Positions 9,485 through 20,619 of a stretch of 64,000 bases of DNA are shown here, one piece after another (the stretch's first letter is position 1; every line of letters begins with the position of its first letter). Where the stretch lies: positions 44 to 64,043 of the forward strand of contig CALGNK010000027.1 of NCBI GenBank assembly GCA_937958695.1, given 5' to 3'. Both the position numbers and the translations under genes were made by a program. The DNA comes from an uncultured bacterium (GTDB lineage Bacteria; DUMJ01). The notes under the pieces were generated by a model. The model was not told where the DNA came from. It searched no databases and was given only the letters and a program-made list of their open reading frames with translations.

Positions 9485-10446
9485 ACCACCTTTATAGAAA
9501 AATCAGGACATACCTGTGCACAATAGCTACAGAGAACACACTTATCAAAGAGTATTTCTACTTTACCATTTACCAATTTTAGAGCCCCTTGACCACACCT
9601 ATCTACACAGATACCACACCCTGTACACCAAGGTTCTATCTCTATGCGTCTAGTCTTCTTCTTACTTTTCTCTAAAAGAGTCTCTTCAACTTGTAAACCG
9701 CAAAGAAGAGATACATCTAGTTTTAACTCATCTATAGTCTCTACACCTAAGAGAAATGTATGGATAAAATCTAAATCTTTTATATATCGAATAGCCCTAT
9801 CTATACTCCTTGTCAAATGCCCACCTCCAAATACTTTCATACCTATTACACCAATATTAGCATTATAGCAGTCTAACAGGGCCGATTCCATCCCCTCTCT
9901 ATCTCCATCGTATATACCGAGTCCAGCATAGTTTATAATGCTCATAACAACATCTATGAGCTCTAAGAATGCTAATACTCCTCTAACTCCACTAATCCTA
10001 TGCGTTGATATTCCAATAGCCTTTAGATCTCCCCTCTCCTTTAGTTTATGCATATACTCTAATGCCTTCATATGCCCCTTGATAGTAAGTATAGATTCCT
10101 GTTCATGTAGCATAAAGATATCTACATCACGATTCATAAGTCTCTTAGCCTTAAGAAGACTTCTATCAACATCCCTTTCATTTACCGCATAAGATTTAGT
10201 TATAACAAAAGCGTTATCAAATCCATTTAAAGATCTTCCTAATAACTCGTAATTATCATATATCTCTGCTGTGTCAAAAAGGTTTATTCCAATACTATAT
10301 GCATACAAGATTAATTCTGAGAGGTCTTTTTTACTAGTTCTATATGAGGCAAAAGGCAATGTTCCCAATGCAATATTGGAGACTAAAAGATTGCTTTTTC
10401 CCAGTCTTACCTTTCTAATAATTGAATCCTCGATAGCTTCAGCCAT
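9481..10446 (-). CDS. Aldo/keto reductase with C-terminal 2x[4Fe-4S] ferredoxin domain
   Basis: AKR-like N-terminal (NLFDTAEIYDNYELLG). C-terminal CTGCGICVDRCG and CVLCSYCAQVCP cluster motifs. Confidence 0.75.
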   Translation of the reverse strand: MAEAIEDSIIRKVRLGKSNLLVSNIALGTLPFASYRTSKKDLSELILYAYSIGINLFDTAEIYDNYELLGRSLNGFDNAFVITKSYAVNERDVDRSLLKAKRLMNRDVDIFMLHEQESILTIKGHMKALEYMHKLKERGDLKAIGISTHRISGVRGVLAFLELIDVVMSIINYAGLGIYDGDREGMESALLDCYNANIGVIGMKVFGGGHLTRSIDRAIRYIKDLDFIHTFLLGVETIDELKLDVSLLCGLQVEETLLEKSKKKTRRIEIEPWCTGCGICVDRCGQGALKLVNGKVEILFDKCVLCSYCAQVCPDFSIKVV

Positions 10447-10991
10447 ATAACTTCTCCAATACTCTCTATAATCTCTACTACTTTCTTCGGGGAGGGGTAA
10501 CCCTTCTCAAAGAGCAGTAGAACAGATAATGAATTCTTAAGATGAAAAATACCAACCTGTGTAAGCTGTTCACTAGAGTATAACCAATCCTTTAAGCCAA
10601 GATTCTTTAATCCTTCCTCTAATTTAGTTCTGTCTGTATCTCCCAGCCACTGAAAGTTGTATAATCCACCAATAATAGATTCTCCCAAATCTGAATTCTG
10701 CACAAAAAATATGTTATTCACATAAATGCCATAAGGGGCTACTCTATTTATTCGATCTTTCAAGTCTAGGCGAGGCTTTTCTAACCTTATGTCAAGTAAT
10801 TCCCTTTCTCCTTCGAAACCTACAGGTAAAGGGGGGGAAAAAGAGAACTTAGGTCTGGGATGAAATCCTTCAGTAAAACTTACCCCGATATCTGCCCTTC
10901 TAACTATCCTCTCCCAGCATCTTATCAGGTCTAAATGAGATATAAAAGCTAAAGGACCAAATTTTCTATACTCAACCCGAGCAAACACCAC
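10407..10991 (-). CDS. DUF2344 (TIGR03936-like) protein, partner of the upstream radical SAM
   Basis: FISHLDLIRCWERIVRRADIGVSFTEGFHPRPKFSF matches my recollection of DUF2344. Overlaps the upstream gene by 20 nt. Confidence 0.6.
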   Translation of the reverse strand: MVFARVEYRKFGPLAFISHLDLIRCWERIVRRADIGVSFTEGFHPRPKFSFSPPLPVGFEGERELLDIRLEKPRLDLKDRINRVAPYGIYVNNIFFVQNSDLGESIIGGLYNFQWLGDTDRTKLEEGLKNLGLKDWLYSSEQLTQVGIFHLKNSLSVLLLFEKGYPSPKKVVEIIESIGEVIWLKLSRIQLLER

Positions 10992-12684
10992 AGTTATAAC
11001 ATCCTACCTTTCTACAATCTTCTCTTTTAAAACCGGAAAGACTCAACTGATACTCATTCCAGAGAAATTCTTTACTTATCCCTGTATCTACAAAATCCCA
11101 AGGAAGAGGATCAGAAAGATTCTTCTCCTTTAGATAGGAACTGATATCGATATTATTTTCTCTAAAAGATTCTTTCCATATATCCCAGGAGAACTTATCC
11201 GTCCACGCATCAAACCTTACTCCCTTTCTCCAAGCGGTAATTATCGCCCTACTTACATCTATGTCCCCCCTAGTCAGTATACCCTCTAAAAGACTCACTT
11301 TAGGATCATGCCAACTTATATTTATCTTTCTATTTAATTTACTTTTTAATAACCTAATCTTTTCCTCTGCCTCTTCTTGGGTTATTTGCCTCGTCCATTG
11401 GAATGGGGTATGCGGCTTAGGAACAAAAAGGGAGACGCTTACATTTAAATCAATCTTTTTGTATCTACTCTTAATATCATTGAGTAAATTGGCTATACCT
11501 AAGATGTCTTCATCTTGCTCTGTTGGAAGTCCTATCATAAAGTATAGTTTTATAGCCTCCCATCCTTCTTTGGATACTATCTCCATCGTCTTAAATATAT
11601 CCTCTTCAGTAATATTCTTATTTATAACGTCTCTTAATCTTTGAGTTCCAGCCTCTGGGGCAAAGGTAAGACCTCTTTTCACTTCCCCTATAGCTTCATA
11701 AAATTCTCTAGATAAGGTATCTATCCTAAGGGATGGGATAGATACCGATACATAGGACGGAATTAATTCTTCCTTTATATATCTAGCTAAACCTTCTAAG
11801 TTGCTATAGTCGCTAGCACTTAGAGATAAGAATCCCACCTCTCCATACCCTGTAGACCTAAGTATCTCTGATGAAAGCCTCTTTATGTTATCTAAGCTCC
11901 TCTCTCTTACAGGACGATATAGAAAACCTGCTTCGCAGAATCTACATCCCCTTGTGCATCCTCTCATTATCTCCACTACCGCTCTATCATGTATGATCTC
12001 TGTATTTGGAACAAGGGGTTTAGTAGGATAAGGAGCTTTGTCTAGATCTCTAATAAATCTTTTCTTTACAGTTTTACTAATTCCAGGGACATAAATACCG
12101 CTAATCTTACTTAATGCTATTAAGAGTTCATTCTTATCTTTACTATTCAAACGCCATTCTTTAAATGTATCAATGATCTCATTAATAAGCTCTTCTCCAT
12201 CTCCAACAGCAAAACAGTCTATGAATGGAATAATTGGAGCAGGGCGAGATGCACATTGGCCTCCAGCAATAACTAAAGGAAGCCCATCCCTTTCAGAGGA
12301 CAGTAATGGTAGTCCACAGAGGTCTAGAATAGTAAGTATATTAGAATAGTTAAGTTCATAAGAGATAGAAAAAGCTAAAATATCAAATTCATTTATAGAT
12401 TTACCACTTTCCAAAGTTAGAAGGGGAATCTTTCTTCTACGTAAAAGTTCCTCCATATCTACCCAAGGGGCAAAGATTCTCTCTGCCAAGGCATCTTCTC
12501 TACTATTTATAATATGGTAGATAATAGAAAAACCAAGATTAGACATCCCTACCTCATATGTATCAGGAAAGGCGAGGACAACTTTAACCTTACCCTCTGG
12601 ATCCTTCTTTACTAAGTTATACTCATCTCCAATATAACTAGCTGGTTTCTTTACCCTGTATAAAAGGTCAAACGGATAGTTCAT
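10972..12684 (-). CDS. B12-binding-domain radical SAM protein (TIGR03960-like), rodA-linked
   Basis: N-terminal Rossmann-like region (KVVLAFPDTYEVGMSNLGF...PLVIAGG) and radical SAM cluster motif CTRGCRFC. 570 aa. Confidence 0.8.
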   Translation of the reverse strand: MNYPFDLLYRVKKPASYIGDEYNLVKKDPEGKVKVVLAFPDTYEVGMSNLGFSIIYHIINSREDALAERIFAPWVDMEELLRRRKIPLLTLESGKSINEFDILAFSISYELNYSNILTILDLCGLPLLSSERDGLPLVIAGGQCASRPAPIIPFIDCFAVGDGEELINEIIDTFKEWRLNSKDKNELLIALSKISGIYVPGISKTVKKRFIRDLDKAPYPTKPLVPNTEIIHDRAVVEIMRGCTRGCRFCEAGFLYRPVRERSLDNIKRLSSEILRSTGYGEVGFLSLSASDYSNLEGLARYIKEELIPSYVSVSIPSLRIDTLSREFYEAIGEVKRGLTFAPEAGTQRLRDVINKNITEEDIFKTMEIVSKEGWEAIKLYFMIGLPTEQDEDILGIANLLNDIKSRYKKIDLNVSVSLFVPKPHTPFQWTRQITQEEAEEKIRLLKSKLNRKINISWHDPKVSLLEGILTRGDIDVSRAIITAWRKGVRFDAWTDKFSWDIWKESFRENNIDISSYLKEKNLSDPLPWDFVDTGISKEFLWNEYQLSLSGFKREDCRKVGCYNCGVCSG

Positions 12685-13688
12685 AGATTTCTCCTCTTTC
12701 CTATAGAAGATAGAATACCTATTCCAATCATATTCACTATTAGAAAACTCCTACCATAGCTTATAAATGGTAGGGGTATACCTGCCACAGGAAGAAGTCC
12801 TATAGTCATACCTATATTTATAAACATATGTATACATAACATAGATACTATGCCAATTCCAATGAGTGTTCCACTTTCGGTATCACTCTTAAAGGAGATA
12901 TATAATCCCAAGATAAATAGTATCATAAAGAGCAAGATTACCATCACAGCACCTAAAAATCCAAACTCTTCACCAATGAGAGAAAAGATAAAATCAGTAT
13001 GCTGTTCTGGTATAAATTTTAGTCTATTCTGAGGTCCATTAAGAAGACCATAGCCAAATAAACCACCAGACCCTACAGCCAATCTAGACTGTATAATGTG
13101 ATATCCTGCACCTAGAGGGTCCCTAGTAGGTTCAAGAAATGTAAGTATCCTCTCCTTTTGATAATCCTTTAAAAGGAAATCCCAAGCTAGAGGAATACTT
13201 ATCAATCCTAGTATAGCTAAGCTTAGTAGATACTTTATATTTAGTCCAGAGATAAATATAATACAGACAAATATGGATATAAAAATTAATGCAGTCCCTA
13301 GATCTGGCTGTAAAGCAGTAATAAGGAATGGTAAAAGCGTGATAGAAAGACATGCTATAAATAATAAAAGATCTCTCCATTCCTTCTTCTTACTACTTAT
13401 AAGTGCAGACAGCTCTAAGATTAGTGCTAACTTTGCTAATTCGGAGGGCTGAAAATTAAAACCACCTATATATAACCATCTCTTAGCCCCTTTTATTGGA
13501 GATGAGATAACTAAAGTGGCACCAAGTATGACTACAGAAGCCAGATAAAAGTATGGTGCAATCTTAAGCCATAACTTATAATCTATATACCTTAGAAAGA
13601 TAACAATAGGAATAGTTAAGATTAGAGAGACAAACTGTTTATCCCAAAGTTCTGGACCTTTCCAATAGGTGGCACTATATACAGCCAA
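12681..13688 (-). CDS. rodA: SEDS-family peptidoglycan glycosyltransferase RodA
   Basis: Multipass membrane protein of the FtsW/RodA family, placed after mrdA-minCDE. The annotated N-terminus is uncertain. Confidence 0.75.
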   Translation of the reverse strand: MAVYSATYWKGPELWDKQFVSLILTIPIVIFLRYIDYKLWLKIAPYFYLASVVILGATLVISSPIKGAKRWLYIGGFNFQPSELAKLALILELSALISSKKKEWRDLLLFIACLSITLLPFLITALQPDLGTALIFISIFVCIIFISGLNIKYLLSLAILGLISIPLAWDFLLKDYQKERILTFLEPTRDPLGAGYHIIQSRLAVGSGGLFGYGLLNGPQNRLKFIPEQHTDFIFSLIGEEFGFLGAVMVILLFMILFILGLYISFKSDTESGTLIGIGIVSMLCIHMFINIGMTIGLLPVAGIPLPFISYGRSFLIVNMIGIGILSSIGKRRNL

Positions 13689-13749
13689 TACACCAACGGT
13701 TGATAGGATAAAAGAGACTAATATTAAAGCTCCAGAGACAAAATCAACC

Positions 13750-14031
13750 TTAACTCTTCTTTTTATGCCTTCTCAACCCCTTTATTGGGATATTAGCCAC
13801 TAAAGCTACAGAATTTTCTTCCCCCTCGAGGGAAAACTCTACCCCGTCTTTATCTATCTCTAGATGTTTAGAGATAACCTGTATTATCTCCTCTTTAATC
13901 TGTTCCATAATTTCAGAAGAAATACTGGTCCTATCATGGATTAGGACAAGTTTAAGTCTTTCCTTTGCTATCTCCTTACTTCCACCTTCATGTGTAAATA
14001 ATCTTTTTATAGCATCTATTATTACACTCAT
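13750..14031 (-). CDS. minE: Cell division topological specificity factor MinE
   Basis: 93 aa, directly downstream of minD. C-terminal MinE fold-like sequence. Confidence 0.8.
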   Translation of the reverse strand: MSVIIDAIKRLFTHEGGSKEIAKERLKLVLIHDRTSISSEIMEQIKEEIIQVISKHLEIDKDGVEFSLEGEENSVALVANIPIKGLRRHKKKS

Positions 14032-14034
14032 ACC

Positions 14035-14829
14035 CTACCTCCATTTAAAGAGACGCCTAAACTTCGTAAATAAATCATCCTTATCAGTATAAATATTCAT
14101 AGGGACATCCTCACCAAGTATCCTTCTGGCTATATCCATAAAACTTTTTCCTGCAGGTGCGGTATTATTATTTACCAGTGGTTCACCTCTATTTGTTGAT
14201 ATAATAATATGCTCATCCTCAGGGATAACTCCAATAAGCTCTATAGAAAGGATCTCTAATACGTCATCTACACTAAGCATATCTCCTCTATCTACAAGTT
14301 TACTCCTAACCCTATTAACTATAAGTTTACTATCTTCCTTCTCCATAGCCTCCAACAATCCTATAACCCTATCCGCATCTCTAACAGCAGAAACCTCCGG
14401 AGTTGTTACTATAATAGCCATATCAGCAGGGGTAACTGCATTCTTAAATCCCCTCTCTATGCCAGCTGGAGAATCTATTATGATAAAATCAAATTCTTCT
14501 CTCAGTTTATTGCATAATCCAATCATATCTTCAGGAGAAACAGCCTCTTTATCCCTAGTTTGAGCTGCAGGAAGTAGATACAGTGAAGGAAATCTCTTAT
14601 CTTTTATAAGTGCCTGTTTTAACTTTGCCCTACCCTCTACTACATCTACGATATCATAAACTATCCTATTCTCCAAACCTAAAACCACGTCAAGATTTCT
14701 CAACCCTATATCCGCATCGACTAGGGCCACTTTCTGGTCTAATGAGGCTAACGCAGTGCCAATATTCGCTACAGCAGTAGTCTTCCCTACTCCACCCTTT
14801 CCCGAAGTTACTACAATAACTTTACCCAT
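14035..14829 (-). CDS. minD: Septum site-determining ATPase MinD
   Basis: Deviant Walker A SGKGGVGKTT. 264 aa. Confidence 0.9.
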   Translation of the reverse strand: MGKVIVVTSGKGGVGKTTAVANIGTALASLDQKVALVDADIGLRNLDVVLGLENRIVYDIVDVVEGRAKLKQALIKDKRFPSLYLLPAAQTRDKEAVSPEDMIGLCNKLREEFDFIIIDSPAGIERGFKNAVTPADMAIIVTTPEVSAVRDADRVIGLLEAMEKEDSKLIVNRVRSKLVDRGDMLSVDDVLEILSIELIGVIPEDEHIIISTNRGEPLVNNNTAPAGKSFMDIARRILGEDVPMNIYTDKDDLFTKFRRLFKWR

Positions 14830-14830
14830 A

Positions 14831-15448
14831 TCACCTTATACCTCCATGAGAAAATGTCTCAATAACAATATTATCATTTTCAACCCTAGCAATCTCAGGG
14901 ACAGATTTGTTTTTAACATGGTCAGGAGCCCTTGCTATTATATCTGCTATCCTAATCTGTAATGGAGAAAGGTCCAAAGCATATACTATAGCTGACCTGT
15001 CCCCCATAGCTCCTGCATGAGCCAAACCCCTTAAAGAGCCTAACACTATTATATTCCCTTCAGCTACGACCTCTGCACCAGCATTTACATCTCCAACAAT
15101 AACAACATCACCATTATAACTTATACTCTGTCCAGAACGAAGAGTTTTCTTTATTACTATAGCGTTTCCTTCTCCCTGGGGGATACCCTCTGTCAAGACT
15201 CCAAGTATAGTTATGTACTCTATACTAGATAGTATATCAATTATCTCATTTAAAGCCTTACAGGGCATCCCTTCTCCAGCATACCTTATAAGGACCTTTC
15301 CTTCTCTAAAAAAAGTCTTATTTCTCTCTATCTGTGTCTTGAGGCCCTCGATAGCTTCACTATCAACCTCACCGTCTATCTTTATAGTTATATAACTCCT
15401 CTCTCCTTTTACAGTAATACCCATCTTAGTCTCCCTGCCATCCTCCAC
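14831..15448 (-). CDS. minC: Septum site-determining protein MinC
   Basis: C-terminal beta-helix repeats GNIIVLGSLRGLAHAGAMGDRSAIVYALDLSPLQIRIA. The start may be the inner Met (MGITVKG). Confidence 0.8.
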   Translation of the reverse strand: MEDGRETKMGITVKGERSYITIKIDGEVDSEAIEGLKTQIERNKTFFREGKVLIRYAGEGMPCKALNEIIDILSSIEYITILGVLTEGIPQGEGNAIVIKKTLRSGQSISYNGDVVIVGDVNAGAEVVAEGNIIVLGSLRGLAHAGAMGDRSAIVYALDLSPLQIRIADIIARAPDHVKNKSVPEIARVENDNIVIETFSHGGIR

Positions 15449-17183
15449 CTCTAATTATCTTTTCTCCAGTCAAGTAATAGCTAATAATCTCAGCAGAAAT
15501 AGGAGCAGCGGTTGATCCCCCATGACCTCCCTGCTCTATTACTATTGAAACAGCTATCTTAGGATTATCTGTTGGGGCATAGGCTATAAACCATGCATGG
15601 TCCTTACCTAAAGGATTTTCAATATTAGGGAAGTTCTCCGCAGTTCCTGTCTTACCTGCTACAGTTACCCTATCAAGTCTAGCCAAGCTTCCAGTTCCTG
15701 CCTTTACAACCAATTCCATACCTTCTTTTATTATATCAATTTCTCTTCTAAATTTAGAGATGTCTCTTATAAGCCCTGGAGGTATGGTCTCAATAGTTCC
15801 ATCTTGATTAATTATCTTGGATACAATCCTAGGTCTATAAACTTTTCCTCCATTTGCTATAGCACTGACTAAAACAGCCATCTGTACAGGAGTTACTTGT
15901 ACATAACCCTGTCCTATAGACATATTAGCGGTATCACCAATATACCAAGGTTCCTTCTTCCAAGAAGGCTCAGGAATAAGTCCCTTTACTTCTCCTGGAA
16001 TATCTATCCCAGTAGATTCTCCTAAGCCAAGCATTTTTGCATATCTAGCTATTCTCTCTGCTCCAAGTTTTAGCCCTATAGTATAAAATGCTACGTCACA
16101 GGACCTTGCTATCGCAGTCAGAAAGTCTATCCTTCCATGTGAGGTCCAACATTTAAATCTTCTATTACCTACCATCATAGAGCCAGGACAGTAAAATATT
16201 GTATCTTTATCCACCACTCTTTCAGCCAAAGCAGCTAAGGCAACTGCAATCTTAAAGGTAGAGCCCGGTGGATATACAGCAGAGATAGCTCTATTAAGGA
16301 GTGGTTTCTTGGGCGATAAAAGCTCTCTCCACTCTCTTGGTGTAATACCTTTAGCAAAACTGTTTGGATCAAAGTTCGGGTAACTAGCCATCGCTAGTAT
16401 ATCCCCATTTCTCGGGTCCATCACAACTATTGCTCCAGGCAAACCTCTTCTCTGAAGAGATTCTTCAACGACTTTTTGAAGGTCTAGATCTATTGTAGTT
16501 ACTACAGTTGACCCTGGGATAGGTGGAACTTTCCCAAGAATCTTTATAGGTCTTCCCATAGCATCAACCTCTACCTGTTCACCACCATGAATCCCCATAA
16601 GCTTACTCTGATAAGTTCTCTCAATCCCAGATTTACCTATGATATCTCCCATCTTTACACCCAAATCCCTAAGAGATTTTATCTCCTCCTTAGAGACCTC
16701 CCCTACATATCCTAGTATATGTGAAGCTAAACTTCTATTAGGATATTCCCTTATCACGTTAGTTACAACCAAAACCCCTGGAAGTTTATCCCCTAATTCC
16801 TTTATCTTACTCACTATCTCTAAATTTGCGTCTAATATTATATTTACTGGCTGTAACCTATTTGGGGCTTCTTTAATCTTCTCTTTAATTTCACTATAAG
16901 ATACACCAGTTATCTTACTTAAAAGTTTTAGTGATTCCTCTTTTTCCCCTTCAAAGGGAATAACAGAGACGGTAAAGCTTGGTCTATTTTTAGCCAATAC
17001 CTTACCTTTTCTATCAATAATCTCTCCTCTAGGTGCAGAAACAGCAAAAAGTCTTATCCTATTACCTTCTGCTAGTTCTTTAAAATATTTTCCCTGTAAA
17101 ATTTGAATCTGGTATAGTTTTACTATGAGTACTACTCCTAAGGTTAATATAAATAGATAGAATATATAGACCCTTAATCTCAT
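15426..17183 (-). CDS. mrdA: Penicillin-binding protein 2 (elongasome transpeptidase)
   Basis: STFK, SCD (SxD) and KTGTAE motifs. N-terminal TM. Sits in the mreBCD-mrdA context. Confidence 0.85.
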   Translation of the reverse strand: MRLRVYIFYLFILTLGVVLIVKLYQIQILQGKYFKELAEGNRIRLFAVSAPRGEIIDRKGKVLAKNRPSFTVSVIPFEGEKEESLKLLSKITGVSYSEIKEKIKEAPNRLQPVNIILDANLEIVSKIKELGDKLPGVLVVTNVIREYPNRSLASHILGYVGEVSKEEIKSLRDLGVKMGDIIGKSGIERTYQSKLMGIHGGEQVEVDAMGRPIKILGKVPPIPGSTVVTTIDLDLQKVVEESLQRRGLPGAIVVMDPRNGDILAMASYPNFDPNSFAKGITPREWRELLSPKKPLLNRAISAVYPPGSTFKIAVALAALAERVVDKDTIFYCPGSMMVGNRRFKCWTSHGRIDFLTAIARSCDVAFYTIGLKLGAERIARYAKMLGLGESTGIDIPGEVKGLIPEPSWKKEPWYIGDTANMSIGQGYVQVTPVQMAVLVSAIANGGKVYRPRIVSKIINQDGTIETIPPGLIRDISKFRREIDIIKEGMELVVKAGTGSLARLDRVTVAGKTGTAENFPNIENPLGKDHAWFIAYAPTDNPKIAVSIVIEQGGHGGSTAAPISAEIISYYLTGEKIIRGGGWQGD

Positions 17184-17680
17184 CTATCTGTCTTGAAAAA
17201 TCTTCTAAAAAACAGAAGTATTATAATTCCGAAGATAGAGTTATATACACCTTGAGTTAACCCAAAATTTAATGCATCGTTAATAGTAAATATCCCTAAC
17301 TTATTAACATATATTAGTAAAAAGCTGATAAAAAAATAGAGTATTGCAGCTAAAAATATTGAAGTTATTATGACCCACTTACCACTCCACAGCCTATAAA
17401 AAAATAGGTATACTATACCAAGAGAACCTATCAAGCTAAGTACATTAACCCCTGGATTTATTCCCCTCCATATACTATCTACTAGCCCCATGATGACAAC
17501 TAAAGGGGCTATCTCCAAAAATCCATTAGAAAAGATCATAAATACGGATATTACTAGAAGAAAATTGGGAAGTAAAGAATTAATAGAGAACATATTTGGA
17601 TAAAAGATATTTAGAAAAGCGCCTAAAAGGAGCCAAATAATATTTATAAGTATCCTTATTATCTTTTCTTTTAAATCCAT
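17180..17680 (-). CDS. mreD: Rod shape-determining protein MreD
   Basis: 166-aa polytopic membrane protein immediately after mreC. Confidence 0.65.
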   Translation of the reverse strand: MDLKEKIIRILINIIWLLLGAFLNIFYPNMFSINSLLPNFLLVISVFMIFSNGFLEIAPLVVIMGLVDSIWRGINPGVNVLSLIGSLGIVYLFFYRLWSGKWVIITSIFLAAILYFFISFLLIYVNKLGIFTINDALNFGLTQGVYNSIFGIIILLFFRRFFKTDR

Positions 17681-17682
17681 CT

Positions 17683-18438
17683 TTATCTTACTATCCAGAG
17701 ATAATATATACTAGAAAAATCAACAGAGGGTATAACAGTAATATCTAAAAAAGTCTCACCTGGTTTATTATAAATATTGCTTATCTTTCCAACCACTATT
17801 CCCCCAGGGTATAATTCACTCGCTTCAGAAGTTACTATAACATCTCCCACCTTTATATCTGCCCCAGTAGAGATATACTGTAAACTACAGGTTCCATCAC
17901 CATTTCCTTTTAATACACCCATAACGTTATTTCGCAAGACTTTCACACTCACAGTGTTTCCAGGGTCTAGTATAAATAAGACCCTAGATGTATAATCACT
18001 AACAGAAATCACCTTACCAACCAAACCATTTTCATTTATTACAGCCATATTCGGTTTAACTCCGTCGATTTTCCCTCTATCCAAAAGAACAGTATTTAGC
18101 CATTGAGTTGGTTCTCTTCTTATCATCTTAGCCCCTATAAGGTTAAATCTCATGTTACTCTCTTTAAAGCCAGAGCTAACTTCCAATCGCTTTAAAGTAT
18201 TGATTTGATTATTAAGCATGTCTCTCTCTATTCTCAGTTTAGCTACTTCTACCTCTAAACGACTATTACGCTCAACAAGTCTATTCTGTTTTTGTAAGAA
18301 CAAATATACAAACTGAATCCCATCCTCTATAGAATTCTTTGCCTTAGCAATAAGACCTCCAATATCTCTTATGAAGTTTAATATCCTCTCTACAGGATTT
18401 TCTCCTCTAGAACTTACCGTATCTATAAAGACTATCAA
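17683..18438 (-). CDS. mreC: Rod shape-determining protein MreC
   Basis: N-terminal TM plus coiled coil, then beta-domain. Position after mreB. Confidence 0.8.
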   Translation of the reverse strand: MIVFIDTVSSRGENPVERILNFIRDIGGLIAKAKNSIEDGIQFVYLFLQKQNRLVERNSRLEVEVAKLRIERDMLNNQINTLKRLEVSSGFKESNMRFNLIGAKMIRREPTQWLNTVLLDRGKIDGVKPNMAVINENGLVGKVISVSDYTSRVLFILDPGNTVSVKVLRNNVMGVLKGNGDGTCSLQYISTGADIKVGDVIVTSEASELYPGGIVVGKISNIYNKPGETFLDITVIPSVDFSSIYYLWIVR

Positions 18439-18479
18439 AAGACACAGGGATATTATTAAAAGGGTAATAAGAAGATTTT

Positions 18480-19508
18480 TCAGAGCCCTCCACCTCTCCC
18501 CCTATAAGTAGTGACTCTCTTTAGTATATCAACCTCTTCTAGTATCTTTCCTGTCCCTAAGGCTACACAGGATAGTGGGTCATCAGCTACAAATACAGGC
18601 ATCTCTGTTTCTTGAGACAAGATCTTATCAATCCCTTTAAGCAAAGCCCCTCCACCTGCAAGTATAATACCTCGCTCTACTATATCGCTTGCAAGTTCAG
18701 GTGGGGTTGCCTCTAAGGCAGATTTTACAGCATCAACAATAGCAGATACTACAGGCTGTAAAGCACTACGAATCTCTTCACTATTTACTTCTATAGTCTT
18801 AGGTAATCCAGTCAGAAGATCCCTACCCTTTATTTCTATCGTCATTTCAGTCTCTAAAGGATAGGCAGAACCTATCTTCATCTTGACCTCTTCCGCCGTT
18901 CTTTCTCCAATAAGTAAGTTATATTCTTTTTTTACATACTGTATAATAGCCTCATCCATCTCGTCTCCTGCTATCCTTATAGACTTAGAGGTAACAATTC
19001 CACCCAATGAGATAACAGCTATCTCGGTAGTTCCTCCACCTATATCGACTATCATACTACCCCTTGGTTCTGCTACGGGTAAACCTGCTCCTATAGCAGC
19101 TGCCATAGGTTCATCTACCAGATAGGCTTCTCTTGCTCCAGCCCTTAAAGCTGCGCTATAGACAGCCCTCCTCTCAACTTCGGTACTACCGCTTGGAATC
19201 CCAATCACTACTCTCGGTCTTAAAAGACTTCTTTTCCCCTGAGCCTTACTTATAAAGTACTCTAGCATAGTCTGTGTTATCTCGAAATCTGCTATAACGC
19301 CATCTTTCATTGGTCTTATAGCTACAATGTCACTAGGGGTTCTCCCTAACATCTTTTTTGCCTCTTCTCCAACTGCTAAGACATCTGAGGAGCCTTTACT
19401 TACAGCTATAACTGTAGGCTCTCTTAGAACTATTCCTTTACCTCTTAAAAAGACGACAGTATTCGATGTGCCAAGATCTATTCCAATATCTTTAGAAAAG
19501 ATACTCAT
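18480..19508 (-). CDS. mreB: Actin-like rod shape protein MreB
   Basis: IDLGTSNT and DIGGGTTE actin-fold phosphate motifs. 342 aa. Confidence 0.9.
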   Translation of the reverse strand: MSIFSKDIGIDLGTSNTVVFLRGKGIVLREPTVIAVSKGSSDVLAVGEEAKKMLGRTPSDIVAIRPMKDGVIADFEITQTMLEYFISKAQGKRSLLRPRVVIGIPSGSTEVERRAVYSAALRAGAREAYLVDEPMAAAIGAGLPVAEPRGSMIVDIGGGTTEIAVISLGGIVTSKSIRIAGDEMDEAIIQYVKKEYNLLIGERTAEEVKMKIGSAYPLETEMTIEIKGRDLLTGLPKTIEVNSEEIRSALQPVVSAIVDAVKSALEATPPELASDIVERGIILAGGGALLKGIDKILSQETEMPVFVADDPLSCVALGTGKILEEVDILKRVTTYRGRGGGL

Positions 19509-20089
19509 ATCTCCTCCTCTAGCAAAAGATGTTTAAGGACTCCCATAATCCTTTCTATAGGAAGCCCCATTACATTATAATAACATCCCCTTATATACTC
19601 TATAAAATTACTACCATATCCCTGTATAGCATAAGCTCCCGCTTTATCCATATATTCCTCTCTGTTTAAGTAGTTTTCAATATCTTCGTCTTTTAATCTA
19701 CGAAACTTCACTGCAGTGATAACAGCCTCTGAAATCAATCGCTTACTTTTACCATCTATGATAGTAAACCCAGTAATTACTCTATGAATTCTGCCAGACA
19801 GTAACCTTAGCATATCTTTTGCTGAATCTCTCCCAGTAGGCTTTCCAAGTACTAGCCCAGAAATCTCAACTATCGTATCTACACCAAGGACAAAAACTTC
19901 TTTTACCTTTTTACTTATCTCACTAGCCTTTAACATAGAGACTCTCTTTGCAAAAGTTATAGGGTCTTCCCCTAGCAGAGGTTCGGGTTCTTCTATATTA
20001 CTCGGCAATACCTCGAAGTCTATCCCTACCTTATTTAAGAGTTCTATCCTTCTAGGAGAACTAGAGGCTAAAATAAGCTTCGTTTTCAT
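19505..20089 (-). CDS. maf: Maf-like nucleotide pyrophosphatase
   Basis: [14 protein letters not shown]-terminus. 194 aa. Upstream of mreB as in Firmicutes. Confidence 0.85.
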   Translation of the reverse strand: MKTKLILASSSPRRIELLNKVGIDFEVLPSNIEEPEPLLGEDPITFAKRVSMLKASEISKKVKEVFVLGVDTIVEISGLVLGKPTGRDSAKDMLRLLSGRIHRVITGFTIIDGKSKRLISEAVITAVKFRRLKDEDIENYLNREEYMDKAGAYAIQGYGSNFIEYIRGCYYNVMGLPIERIMGVLKHLLLEEEI

Positions 20090-20619
20090 AGTCTTAACTT
20101 CAAAATATAAGAAGATATCATTCCTATAATAATCCCTGTTATGACACCTAAGATGGATAATATAGGGAAAAGATATAGAACATCTTTAGTATTCATAAGG
20201 ATACTCACTGTTAACAACTGCGCTAATATATGCATAAAGGCCCCAAAAGAACTTACAGATATAGGGGAGAGGTCTCTACCCAAAATGCTATAGGCTAATG
20301 ACATCCCAGTTACACTGGCTATAGCACCGCTCAGTGAGATATAAAAAGTTATAGAAAGTAGAGTACCTAGAAAGATAGATAGTATTATAACCCTAGATAT
20401 AGAAAGTAGTAAGCTGTCAATAAATCCATCAGAGTATAGAACCACTACGTTTACTATGTTTGCCAATCCCAATTTTACTCCTGGTACGGGCAATGGGGGC
20501 AAGATACTTTCTATTAATCCTAGTATAAGACCTAATGCCAACATTAGAGATAATCTTACTAGTTTTCTATTTCCCATACAATCTAAACCTATCCTTAAGA
20601 TTATCAGACACAAAGACAT
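20086..20619 (-). CDS. Gx transporter / heptaprenyl-diphosphate-synthase-component-I-like small membrane protein (PF07456-like), ApbE-associated
   Basis: 177-aa polytopic membrane protein next to ApbE, a recurrent pairing in Firmicutes. The likely true start is the inner Met (MGNRKLV) near 20577, which removes the overlap with apbE. Confidence 0.45.
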   Translation of the reverse strand: MSLCLIILRIGLDCMGNRKLVRLSLMLALGLILGLIESILPPLPVPGVKLGLANIVNVVVLYSDGFIDSLLLSISRVIILSIFLGTLLSITFYISLSGAIASVTGMSLAYSILGRDLSPISVSSFGAFMHILAQLLTVSILMNTKDVLYLFPILSILGVITGIIIGMISSYILKLRL

